Shown here piece by piece: positions 9,125 through 18,032 of a stretch of 64,000 nucleotides of DNA (position 1 is its first letter; the number at the start of each line of letters is the position of its first letter). This DNA comes from an uncultured bacterium. Lineage in GTDB: Bacteria; Krumholzibacteriota; Krumholzibacteriia; LZORAL124-64-63. The notes below the pieces were generated by a model, which was given only the letters and a program-made list of their open reading frames with translations, had not been told where the DNA came from and did not search any database. The DNA is taken from contig CAVSGO010000006.1 of the NCBI GenBank assembly GCA_963727525.1, positions 314,182-378,181 on the forward strand. Direction: 5' to 3'. Both the position numbers and the translations under genes were made by a program.

Positions 9125-10108
9125 ATGGCGACACAGCGTGTTCTCGTGACCGGCGCGGCCGGTTACATCGGCTCGGTGGTCGTGCGGCAACTCCTGGCCG
9201 CGGGCCATCATGTCCGCGGTTTCGATGCCCTATTCTTCGGGGGCGACGCCCTGCTCGGCGTCTTCGGCGACCCGCATTTCGACTTCGTGCGGGGTGATCT
9301 GCGCGACGGGGCGGCGGTGCAGGAGGCGCTGCGCGGCGTGGATGCCGTGGTGCACCTGGCCGCCATCGTCGGCGACCCGGCCTGCGCCCGGGAGCCTGAG
9401 CTGGCCCGCGCCATCAATGGCGACGCTTCGCGCGAGCTGCTGGCGCGCTGTGTCGACACGCCCACGGTGAAGCGGTTCGTCTTCGCGTCCACGTGCAGCA
9501 ACTACGGGCGCGGGGCGCCGGGCGAGTTCGTACATGAAGAGTCGCCGCTCAACCCGGTGTCGCTCTATGCCGAGTTGAAGGTGGCCTTCGAGACGCAACT
9601 GTTCGGACTCGACGCGCGCTCCGATTTCGTGCCCACGGCCCTGCGCTTCGCCACGGTATACGGGCTGTCGCCGAGGCCACGTTTCGATCTCACGGTGAAC
9701 GAGTTCGTACGCGAGGTTGCGCTGGGACGCACGCTGAAGATCTTCGGCGAGCAGTTCTGGCGGCCCTACTGCCACGTGGACGATCTCGCGGGGGCGTGCG
9801 GGCTGGTGCTGGCCAGCGACGCCGCGAAGGTGAACCGTAACGTCTTCAACGTGGGTGACACCCGCGAGAACTATCAGAAGAAGATGATCGCCGATGCGAT
9901 CCTGGTCGTGGTGCCGGATGCCCGCATCGAGTACGTCAAGAAGGACGAGGATCCGCGCGACTACCGCGTCGACTTCACGCGCATCGCCGACACGCTGGGC
10001 TTCGCGATCACGAAGCGCGTGTCCGATGGTATCCGTGAAGTGCACGCCGCCCTGGCCGCCGGCATCTTCAGCGATCCCGACTCGCCGCGTTATCGCAACA
10101 TCGCGTGA
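9125..10108 (+). CDS. NAD-dependent nucleotide-sugar epimerase/dehydratase
   Basis: 'VTGAAGYIG', 'HLAAIVGDPAC', 'FASTCSNYG', 'YAELK', 'LRFATVYGLSPRPRFDL'; GGAGG RBS before the ATG at 9125. Confidence 0.92.
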   Translation: MATQRVLVTGAAGYIGSVVVRQLLAAGHHVRGFDALFFGGDALLGVFGDPHFDFVRGDLRDGAAVQEALRGVDAVVHLAAIVGDPACAREPELARAINGDASRELLARCVDTPTVKRFVFASTCSNYGRGAPGEFVHEESPLNPVSLYAELKVAFETQLFGLDARSDFVPTALRFATVYGLSPRPRFDLTVNEFVREVALGRTLKIFGEQFWRPYCHVDDLAGACGLVLASDAAKVNRNVFNVGDTRENYQKKMIADAILVVVPDARIEYVKKDEDPRDYRVDFTRIADTLGFAITKRVSDGIREVHAALAAGIFSDPDSPRYRNIA

Positions 10109-11061
10109 CGGGCGAGCGGGCGAGGGAGGCTCCCGTGCACGACATCCCCGTCGCCATCCTCGGCGTCACCGAGGGCAACGGCCACCCGTTCTCCTTCTCC
10201 GCCATCATCAACGGTTTCGACGAGGCGGGCATGGCCGCGTCGGGCTGGGCCGGCATCCACACCTACGTGCGCCGGCGCGACCCGTCGGAGTTCGGCTTTC
10301 CGCCGCTGCGCATCACGCACGCGTGGACGCAGGATCCCGAGGTGACGGCCAGGCTGCAGGCGGCCAGTCGCATCCCGCATGGCGTGAGCGACCCGGCCGA
10401 CCTGCTCGGCCAGGTGCAGGCCGTGATCATCGCCCGCGACGATCACGCCAACCACTGGACGATGGCGCAGCCGTTCCTCGAGGCGGGCATGAAGGTCTTC
10501 CTCGACAAGCCGCTCTCCCTGCAGCCCGACGAGCTGCGCCGGTTCCTGCCTTACCTCGAGCGCGGGCAGCTCATGTCGTGCTCGGGACTGCGCTTCGCGA
10601 AGGAACTCGACGAGCCGCGGGCCGAGCTGGCCAGCTATGGCAAGCTGGCGCTGGTACGTGGGGCGGTGCTCTTCGACTGGCCACGCTACGGCGTGCACAT
10701 GGTCGACGCCATCCTCGGCCTGCTGCCGTCGCGGCCGGTGGCCGTGTCGGCGCATCGCTGCGCGCACACGTCGGTGGCCATCGAGATGGACGACGACACT
10801 TTGGTGACGATCGACGCTCTCGAGCAGGTGCCGAAGATCTTCCGCGTCGACGTGATCGGGGAGAAGCGCATCACGTCGCACGAGATCGAGGACAATTTCA
10901 GCATGTTCCGCCGCGCCATGGGCGCCTTCGCGCGCATGGTGACGACGGGCGAACCGCAGATCCCCCCGCAGCGTACGCTCGACGTCATGCGTGTGCTCAT
11001 CGCGGGGCAGCGCGCGCGTGAAGAGCAAAGGAGAGTGACCGTCGATGAGCTCGGCATATGA
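10105..11061 (+). CDS. Gfo/Idh/MocA-family oxidoreductase (alternative start at 10135)
   Basis: 'GNGHPFSFSAIING', 'VFLDKPLS', 'YGVH' motifs; overlaps both neighbours. Confidence 0.8.
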   Translation: MTGERAREAPVHDIPVAILGVTEGNGHPFSFSAIINGFDEAGMAASGWAGIHTYVRRRDPSEFGFPPLRITHAWTQDPEVTARLQAASRIPHGVSDPADLLGQVQAVIIARDDHANHWTMAQPFLEAGMKVFLDKPLSLQPDELRRFLPYLERGQLMSCSGLRFAKELDEPRAELASYGKLALVRGAVLFDWPRYGVHMVDAILGLLPSRPVAVSAHRCAHTSVAIEMDDDTLVTIDALEQVPKIFRVDVIGEKRITSHEIEDNFSMFRRAMGAFARMVTTGEPQIPPQRTLDVMRVLIAGQRAREEQRRVTVDELGI

Positions 11062-11869
11062 TCACCTGTTCGACCTGGCCGGCAAGACGGCCATCGTCAC
11101 CGGCGGCGTGGGCATTCTCGGACGCGGGTTCTGCCGCGGCCTGGCGGAGTACGGCGCCCACGTGGTCGTGGCCGACGTGCGCGAGGAGGCCGCCGTCGCC
11201 TACGCGGCCGAGCTGAGCGAAGCCACGGGTCGCGACGCCCTGGGCGTGGGTTGCGACGTGGCCGACGAGGCGTCCGTGAAGGACCTCGTGGCGCGCGCGG
11301 TCGACCGCTTCGGCGGCGTGGACATCCTGCATAACAACGCCGCCTCCAAGTCGAAGAACCTCGAGGCGTTCTTCGCGCCGGTGGAGGACTACTCCCTCGA
11401 GGAGTGGCGTCACGTCATGTCCGTGAATCTGGACGGGCTCTTCCTGGTGGCCAAGGTCGTGGGCGGCCAGATGCGGGCGCAGGGCCGCGGCGGCAGCATC
11501 ATCCAGACGGCGTCGATCTATGGCGTGGTGGCCTCGGACAAGCGCATCTACGAGGGCTCCCAGTACATGGGGATGCAGATCAGCAATCCGCCGGTATACA
11601 GCGCCTCGAAGGCGGGCGTCGTGGGCCTGACGCGCTACCTCGCCGCCTACTGGGGCGACGTGGGCATTCGCGTGAACGCGCTCGTGCCCGGCGGCGTGGA
11701 GAGCGGCCAGAACGACACGTTCAAGCAGCGCTACGCCGCGCGCGTGCCCATGGGCCGCATGGCGCAGGCCGACGAGATGGTGGGCGCGTTGATCTACCTG
11801 GCGTCGCCGGCCTCGAGCTACGTGACCGGCCAGACGCTGATCGTGGACGGCGGCTTGACGTGCTGGTAG
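11045..11869 (+). CDS. SDR-family oxidoreductase (PtmA-like)
   Basis: 'VTGGVGILG', 'HNNA', 'SIYG', 'YSASK', 'YVTGQTLIVDGG'. Confidence 0.9.
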   Translation: MSSAYDHLFDLAGKTAIVTGGVGILGRGFCRGLAEYGAHVVVADVREEAAVAYAAELSEATGRDALGVGCDVADEASVKDLVARAVDRFGGVDILHNNAASKSKNLEAFFAPVEDYSLEEWRHVMSVNLDGLFLVAKVVGGQMRAQGRGGSIIQTASIYGVVASDKRIYEGSQYMGMQISNPPVYSASKAGVVGLTRYLAAYWGDVGIRVNALVPGGVESGQNDTFKQRYAARVPMGRMAQADEMVGALIYLASPASSYVTGQTLIVDGGLTCW

Positions 11870-11885
11870 GCGGGGTGGTTGTGCC

Positions 11886-12839
11886 GTGAGCAGACTGACC
11901 ATCGTCATGTACCACTACGTGCGCGATCTCGCGCGGTCGCGTTTTCCGCGCATCAAGGGCCTCCCATTGGAGAGATTCCGTGGCCAGCTCGCATACCTGC
12001 AGAAGAAGCACACGTTCGTCAGGGTGGAGGATGTGCTCGCCGCCCAGCGCGGCGACGGCGACCTGCCGCCGGGCGCGGCGCTCCTCACCTTCGACGACGG
12101 CTACGCCGACCACTACCGCTACGTGCTGCCCATCCTCGACGACCTCGGCGCCCAAGGCTGCTTCTTTCCGCCCACGCGCGTGATCGACGAGCGCACGGTG
12201 CTCGACGTCAACAAGATCCACTTCACCCTGGCGGCAGCCGACGGTGTCGATGCCATCGCAGCCTACTGTCTGCAACGTGTGGGCGAGCTGCAGACCGAGT
12301 TCCAGCTCGAGCCGCCGGACGTGTACGTGGCGCGCTTCCGGCAGCCCTCGCGACTCGACGACGCGTCGACCATGTTCGTGAAGCGGCTCCTGCAACGCGG
12401 ACTGCCCGAGGCGGCCCGCGCGCGCATCACCGACGAGGTGTTTCGGCGCCACGTGACGGCCGACGAGGCGGCATTTGCCGAGGAGCTGTACCTCACCGCG
12501 GACCAGGTCCACACGATGCGCCGCTGCGGGATGTACTTCGGCAGCCATGGCGTGCGCCACCGCTGGTTCGACGACCTCCCCGCCGCCGACCAGCGCGAGG
12601 AGATGGCCGGCGGTCTCGCGATGTTGCGCCGTTTCGGCTATCGCGACGGAGAATTCGTCATCGCCTATCCCTACGGCGGTTTCAGCGACATCACCGTGAC
12701 CATCGCCCGCGAGCTGGGGCATGCGCTCGGCTTCACCACCGAGGTCCGGGCCGCCGAGATCGGCCGCGACGAACCGCTGCTGCTGCCTCGCCTCGACACG
12801 GTGGATCTTCCGTTCGAACCCGGTCCCGCGCAGGGCTAG
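11886..12839 (+). CDS. polysaccharide deacetylase (CE4/NodB-like)
   Basis: 'IVMYHYVR', 'LTFDDGYADH', 'FGSHG..H', 'AYPYG', 'LPRLD'. Confidence 0.9.
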   Translation: MSRLTIVMYHYVRDLARSRFPRIKGLPLERFRGQLAYLQKKHTFVRVEDVLAAQRGDGDLPPGAALLTFDDGYADHYRYVLPILDDLGAQGCFFPPTRVIDERTVLDVNKIHFTLAAADGVDAIAAYCLQRVGELQTEFQLEPPDVYVARFRQPSRLDDASTMFVKRLLQRGLPEAARARITDEVFRRHVTADEAAFAEELYLTADQVHTMRRCGMYFGSHGVRHRWFDDLPAADQREEMAGGLAMLRRFGYRDGEFVIAYPYGGFSDITVTIARELGHALGFTTEVRAAEIGRDEPLLLPRLDTVDLPFEPGPAQG

Positions 12840-12846
12840 CGGATCC

Positions 12847-13938
12847 GTGCGACTGCGCGCCCTCGACATCGTGCGTGGCCTCGCCGTGTGCGGGATGATC
12901 CTCGTGAACAACCCGGGCGATCTCGATGCGGCCCCGCGCCAACTCTGCCACGCCGGCTGGTACGGCCTCACGTTCGCCGACACGGTGGCGCCCGCGTTCC
13001 TCTGGGTGGTGGGTTTTGCGATGACGCTGTCGATCGCGCGGCGCCTGGCCGGCGGTGCGGCCCGGGTCTCGCTGCGCCGGCACGTGCTCGTACGGGCGGC
13101 GCGACTCTTCGCCGTGGGCGTGGGGCTGCACCTCTTCGCGGCCCTGTTCCCGGGGCTGGACTTCTCTCACCTCGACGATATCGCGCTCATGGGTATCCTG
13201 CAGCGCATCGCCGCGGCGTACGGGGTGGCCGCGTTCCTGCTGTTCGCGGGCTTGCCGGCCGGACGTACGGCCGTCGCCCTCCTCGCCGGCTACCTCGGCG
13301 TGTTGCTCGCCGGCGTGCCCACCTCGTCGCTGGCCGTGGCCTTCGCCCGGGAGACGAACGTCGCGAGCTGGATCGATGGCGTGCTCCTGGGCTCGCACGG
13401 CAGTGCGGCCCACACGCTGCTGTCGGTCGTCCCCGCCACGGCCACCGTGCTGCTGGGCGCCGCGGCGGCGCAGGCCAGCACGCGCGACGGTCGCCTGGCG
13501 CTGGATTGGCGGTTCGCCCTCGTTCACGTCGTTTCGCCCCTTGCGGGCGGTGCCCTGCTGTCCCTCGTCATGCCGCTGACGCGGTACCTCTGGTCGCCGA
13601 ACTTCGCCCTGCTCACGGCCGGGATCACCGCGGCGACGTTGCTGGTCGTACACGGGCTCCTCGAGGGCCGCGACCGCAGGCTCGCACCTATCGTGGCGAT
13701 CGGCGCCAATCCGCTGGCGCTCTTCGTGTTGTCGGAACTGGGGCGCATGGTGCTGTCGACCTTCGGGCTGACCGCGAGTGACGGAACCTGGCGGTCGTTC
13801 TGGGCCTGGGGCGACGTGTTGGTGGCGCGGGGGCTGCCGCCCGGGGCGGCTTCGGTCGTGTTTTCGGCAGCGTACCTGGCGGCGATGGTAGGGGTCGCCG
13901 TCGCGATGCAACGGCGCCACTTGCGGATCGTGCTGTAA
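12847..13938 (+). CDS. heparan-alpha-glucosaminide N-acetyltransferase-like membrane acyltransferase (HGSNAT/NagX family)
   Basis: 'RLRALDIVRGLAV..MILVN', 'HAGWYGLTFAD.V.P.F', 'GILQRIA'; many TM helices. Confidence 0.85.
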   Translation: MRLRALDIVRGLAVCGMILVNNPGDLDAAPRQLCHAGWYGLTFADTVAPAFLWVVGFAMTLSIARRLAGGAARVSLRRHVLVRAARLFAVGVGLHLFAALFPGLDFSHLDDIALMGILQRIAAAYGVAAFLLFAGLPAGRTAVALLAGYLGVLLAGVPTSSLAVAFARETNVASWIDGVLLGSHGSAAHTLLSVVPATATVLLGAAAAQASTRDGRLALDWRFALVHVVSPLAGGALLSLVMPLTRYLWSPNFALLTAGITAATLLVVHGLLEGRDRRLAPIVAIGANPLALFVLSELGRMVLSTFGLTASDGTWRSFWAWGDVLVARGLPPGAASVVFSAAYLAAMVGVAVAMQRRHLRIVL

Positions 13939-14039
13939 CGCGCGGCGCGGTCGGCGGTAAATCATGACAGGCGGGGACCGATAACGAGTCATCGCCCCGC
14001 GATGCCCGCGAAGGGCCGGATTCTCACCTGGCACGGGAG

Positions 14040-14915
14040 ATGGCCATGACCCCGCAATCGCCCCGGTTTTCCGCGACGCTGCTCGTCCACTGCGCCGATC
14101 AGAAGGGCATCGTGGCCGCGATGACGTCGTTCATCGGCGACCATGGCGGCAACATCCTCGACATCGACGAGCACGTGGATTCCGAGAACGCCATCTTCTT
14201 CATGCGCCTGCGCTGGGATCTCTCGGGCTTCGGGATTCCCGAAGAAGGATTCGGCGACGCCTTCGCGCCGCTCTTCGAGCGCTTCGGCATGGCCTGGCGC
14301 CTCGCATTCTCGCGCCGTCGTCCGCGCATGGCGGTGATGGTGTCGCGGCAGCCGCATTGCTTGTACGACATCCTGGCCCGCTGTCATTCCGGCGAGTGGC
14401 AGGTGGACGTGCCGCTGATCATCAGCAACCACGATGCCCTGGCGCATGTGGCCTCCCAGTTCGGAGTCGCCTATCACGCACTGCCGGTGTCACCCGAGAC
14501 CAAGCAGGAGCAGGAAGCGAGGGTGCTCGCGCTGCTGGCTGCGCACGCCATCGACTTCGTGGTCCTGGCGCGGTACATGCAGGTGATCGGCCCGGAGTTC
14601 ATCGCCCGCTATCCCGACCGGATCATCAACATCCACCACTCGTTCCTGCCCGCCTTCGTCGGCGCGAAGCCCTACCATGCGGCGCACCGCCGAGGCGTGA
14701 AGATCATCGGTGCCACGAGCCACTACGTGACGGAGGAACTCGATGCCGGCCCGATCATCGCCCAGGACGTGGCGAATGTGAGCCACAAGCATTCCGTGGC
14801 CGACCTCATCCGCAAGGGCAAGGACCTCGAGAAGATCGTCCTGGCCCGCGCCGTCTGGCTGCACTTGCAGAACCGGATCCTGGTGTACGGGAACAAGACC
14901 GTCGTATTCGAGTGA
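14040..14915 (+). CDS. purU: formyltetrahydrofolate deformylase
   Basis: ACT-like N-terminus 'C.DQKGIVA'; 'LARYMQV', 'INIHHSFLPAF.GAKPY', 'GVKIIGATSHYVT..LD.GPII'. Confidence 0.97.
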   Translation: MAMTPQSPRFSATLLVHCADQKGIVAAMTSFIGDHGGNILDIDEHVDSENAIFFMRLRWDLSGFGIPEEGFGDAFAPLFERFGMAWRLAFSRRRPRMAVMVSRQPHCLYDILARCHSGEWQVDVPLIISNHDALAHVASQFGVAYHALPVSPETKQEQEARVLALLAAHAIDFVVLARYMQVIGPEFIARYPDRIINIHHSFLPAFVGAKPYHAAHRRGVKIIGATSHYVTEELDAGPIIAQDVANVSHKHSVADLIRKGKDLEKIVLARAVWLHLQNRILVYGNKTVVFE

Positions 14916-14966
14916 CGAGGCCGGCAGCTTGCGCTACCGGCCTCGTCGTTCCCCGCCTGCCGCACC

Positions 14967-17771
14967 CTAGCGGTACTTGAACAGCTCAGCGTAGATGATG
15001 AGCACGACCAGTGAGAAGCCGACGATCAGGGCCGCGAAGCCGAAGACCTTGAACGCCTTCACCATGTTCGGGCTCATGGGGTCCACCAGGCGCTTCTCCA
15101 GCTCGCCCGATCGCACCAGCTCCTCGTACTCGCGCGGGCGGTCTTCCTTCAGCTCCTCGATCGACATGCGGCCGGTGAAGATCACCGGATCCATGGGGAA
15201 GCGGTCGGGGCGGAAGTGCGTGTTGAAGAAGTGCACGGTGAAGATGAAGCCGGCGGCGAGCAGGGCCTCGTCGCTGTGGATGATGGTGGCCACGTTGATG
15301 AACGAGCCCGGCAGGAACCGCGTGAAGAACTCGGGGAACCACAGCACGAGGCCCGAGAAGCCGATCATCGCCACGCCCCAGAACACGGCGAAGTAGTCGA
15401 ACTTCTCCCAGTACGTCCAGCGGCCGTAGCGCGGGCGCGGGCCGAGGCCCACGAACCAGCGCATCGTCTGGGCGAACTCCTGCAGGTCGATCGCCCGCGG
15501 CACCATCGAGTTCTTGCCGAAGAGGTACTCCGCCCAGCCCGTGCCCGACTTCGTCTTCTTGTAGATGAGGTCGATCAGGTGGCGCGAGAAGTAGAAGAAC
15601 GTGATCAGCGCGCAGATGCGGTGGATCACGCCGGCCGCCTGGAAGCCGCCGAGCGCGTGCGAGAGCGCCTGCGCCCAGCCGAGATAGGAGAACTTGAGCG
15701 TCATGCCGGTGATGGCCAGACCCAGGAAGCTGATGATCACCAGGATGTGCAGGTAACGCGTCAGCCGCTCGAAGCGGCGAAACACCTTGCCCGGCGGCTG
15801 CGCGCGAAGCTGCCGCGAATGGCGCATGGCTTGGAAGGAACGCGGTAGCCACAGCAGGGTGTGGATGCCGAAGAAGGCGAATGTCCCCACCAGAAGCGAG
15901 GTCATGAACAGCCACGTGTAGTGGATGAAGGGGTACTTCTTCTTGTCGTGGTGCGTGGCGTGGGTGAGGTAGCCGGCGAACTGGCGGTGCGCGCCGGTGT
16001 GGCATTTCGCGCAGGTCTGCACGATGTTGGCGTGCGAGAGGGTCGATTTCGGGTTCGACGGCTTCAGGATGTTGTGGGCGCCGTGGCAGTCCTGGCACTT
16101 GGCGGTGTCGGTGTAGCCCAGCTTCACGACCTTGCCGTGGAAGGTGTCGAAGTAGGACTCCGTCACGTCCGGATGGCAGTGGCCGCAGGTGTTGACGATC
16201 TCCCGCATGAAGCCCGCAGCATCGGCGCGGGTGATCTCGTGCGAGGTGTGGCAGTCGTCGCACATCGGCAGCCGCACGCCGTCCCTGGCCTCGCCCGTGA
16301 AATGGATGCTGTTCTTGAATTGCTCGTAGATGCCGCTGTGGCACTTGGCGCAGGTTGTGGCGATCTGTGCCCGGCTGATGCTCGAGTTCACGTCGCTCTG
16401 GGGAAGCACGTGGTGCGCGGTATGGCAGTCGGTGCAGGTGGCCGAGACCACGAGGCCGGCTTCCGACAGGGCCACGCCGTGCACGCTGGCGTTGTAGTTC
16501 TCCACCATGTTCTGCACCGTGCCGGTATAGCGCACATCCGCCTTGCCGCCCTTGCCGTGGCATTCGGCGCAGAGCTTCGGGATGTTGGCGACGTAGGTCG
16601 GCGATTCCAGGTCGGTGTGCTTTTTGACGTGATGCGTGCCGTGGCACGTGGTGCAGGCCGGAGCGTCGGGGTCGCCGCGATCGTGGAGCTTGCCGTGCGT
16701 ACTGGTGGCATAGAGTTCCACCTGGGCCGCGTGGCAGATGGAGCAGTCGACCGTGGCGACCACCGTGGCGCACGGCCGGTGCATCGAGGGCGTGGCGCCG
16801 GTGTGGCACTGCACGCAGGTGACGTTCTTGTGTGTGGAGTCGTGCAGTTCATCGGCGTCGACGAGAAGGGCCTCGATATCGCCCGTGGCGTCGGCGAGCT
16901 TGGCGCGGTCGGCGTGGCAGCTCAGGCATTCGTGATTGCTCATACCGTCCTGGTAGAGCACGCGCCGCGCCTTGTGCGGCTCGTGGCATTCCACGCAGAC
17001 GGGCACCTTGTTCGGCTCCTTTTCCCACAGCTCGCCGGCGATCACCTTCCGGTGCACCTGCTCGATGCGGCCATGGCAATGTTCGCAGGTCTTGACCACG
17101 TTCTGGCGCGCGATCGTCGACTTCGGGTTGGTATGCGGCAGTACGCTGTGGGCTGTGTGGCAGTCGGTGCAGACGGCCGAGATCGTCAGGCCGCGCTTGT
17201 ACAGGCCCTCGCCATGGATGCTCTGCGAGTAGTGGGTGAGGATGCTGTCCTGCGGGATGCTGTAGAGCTGCGTGACCTTGGTGCCTTCCTTGTGGCACCG
17301 GCCGCACATGAACGGAATGTTGAACTTGTTCACGCGCGACGTCGGATCGGTGGGCGGCTGGATGTCGTGTGCGCCGTGGCAGTCCCAGCAATGGGGCGCG
17401 AACGGCTCCTTCGCCTTCATCTTCTGGCCGTGGATGCTGGCCATGTATTTGGTGGCGATGTCGTCGTGGCACATCGCGCAGTCCACCGGCGCCAGGTTCT
17501 CGTCGTGGGGGAAGTCCTCGACGCCCGCGAGGTCCTGGTGGCAATCGACGCAGGCGATCCCGTTCTGGCCGTGGATCGATTTATCGAATACGGACTGATC
17601 GACGTAGAGCGACACGACCTCACGGCCCCGATTCTTCGTGAGACTCTCGTCGGCATGGCACATGAAGCAGGTGTCGTTGTCCTGAGCGCGCGCCGCGCCC
17701 GCGGCGAGCACGAACAGCATGAGGACCGGCCACGCGGCGTGGGAGGATCGGGAGCGGAATGGGTGGGACAC
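14967..17771 (-). CDS. multiheme cytochrome c (19 CxxCH) fused to a C-terminal cytochrome b membrane domain; CbcL-like
   Basis: Signal peptide; 19 CxxCH counted by hand; C-terminal TM domain with 'WEKFDYFAVFWG' and 'IHSDEALLA.GFIFTVHFFN.H.RP..FP'. Confidence 0.9.
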   Translation of the reverse strand: MSHPFRSRSSHAAWPVLMLFVLAAGAARAQDNDTCFMCHADESLTKNRGREVVSLYVDQSVFDKSIHGQNGIACVDCHQDLAGVEDFPHDENLAPVDCAMCHDDIATKYMASIHGQKMKAKEPFAPHCWDCHGAHDIQPPTDPTSRVNKFNIPFMCGRCHKEGTKVTQLYSIPQDSILTHYSQSIHGEGLYKRGLTISAVCTDCHTAHSVLPHTNPKSTIARQNVVKTCEHCHGRIEQVHRKVIAGELWEKEPNKVPVCVECHEPHKARRVLYQDGMSNHECLSCHADRAKLADATGDIEALLVDADELHDSTHKNVTCVQCHTGATPSMHRPCATVVATVDCSICHAAQVELYATSTHGKLHDRGDPDAPACTTCHGTHHVKKHTDLESPTYVANIPKLCAECHGKGGKADVRYTGTVQNMVENYNASVHGVALSEAGLVVSATCTDCHTAHHVLPQSDVNSSISRAQIATTCAKCHSGIYEQFKNSIHFTGEARDGVRLPMCDDCHTSHEITRADAAGFMREIVNTCGHCHPDVTESYFDTFHGKVVKLGYTDTAKCQDCHGAHNILKPSNPKSTLSHANIVQTCAKCHTGAHRQFAGYLTHATHHDKKKYPFIHYTWLFMTSLLVGTFAFFGIHTLLWLPRSFQAMRHSRQLRAQPPGKVFRRFERLTRYLHILVIISFLGLAITGMTLKFSYLGWAQALSHALGGFQAAGVIHRICALITFFYFSRHLIDLIYKKTKSGTGWAEYLFGKNSMVPRAIDLQEFAQTMRWFVGLGPRPRYGRWTYWEKFDYFAVFWGVAMIGFSGLVLWFPEFFTRFLPGSFINVATIIHSDEALLAAGFIFTVHFFNTHFRPDRFPMDPVIFTGRMSIEELKEDRPREYEELVRSGELEKRLVDPMSPNMVKAFKVFGFAALIVGFSLVVLIIYAELFKYR

Positions 17772-17799
17772 GACGATGCTCCTGGAGGATCTCCGAGTG

Positions 17800-17970
17800 A
17801 TTGAAGAGAGCTTTAAATCTGGTATCGGCAGCGGTCAACGTCAATGTAATTTCCGGTTGAAAATGTCTCGTTGTTCTTTGGCAATAAAGGAGATAGATGA
17901 TATTGAAAACCGCTAACGTCTTTGTTTTAACAAAAAAAAGAAAACCTGAGTTCGTTCGCTTAGATTGGCA
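17800..17970. promoter_or_regulatory. AT-rich promoter region of the multiheme cytochrome gene
   Basis: Sharp AT enrichment (e.g. TTTGTTTTAACAAAAAAAAG) between a terminator and the cytochrome start. Confidence 0.55.
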
Positions 17971-17982
17971 TGAGAGCCACGG

Positions 17983-18012
17983 AAAAGGCCCCGACCGCGA
18001 CGGTCGGGGCCT
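17983..18012 (-). terminator. Rho-independent terminator
   Basis: 12-bp stem AGGCCCCGACCG/CGGTCGGGGCCT running into a T4 tract on the minus strand, 20 bp after the stop of the 19790-18033 gene. Confidence 0.85.
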
Positions 18013-18032
18013 CGTGTAACTCCCGTAGATCG

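Noticed and set aside
17850-17920. Fur or FNR box
   Set aside because: Only half-site similarity; not a convincing match
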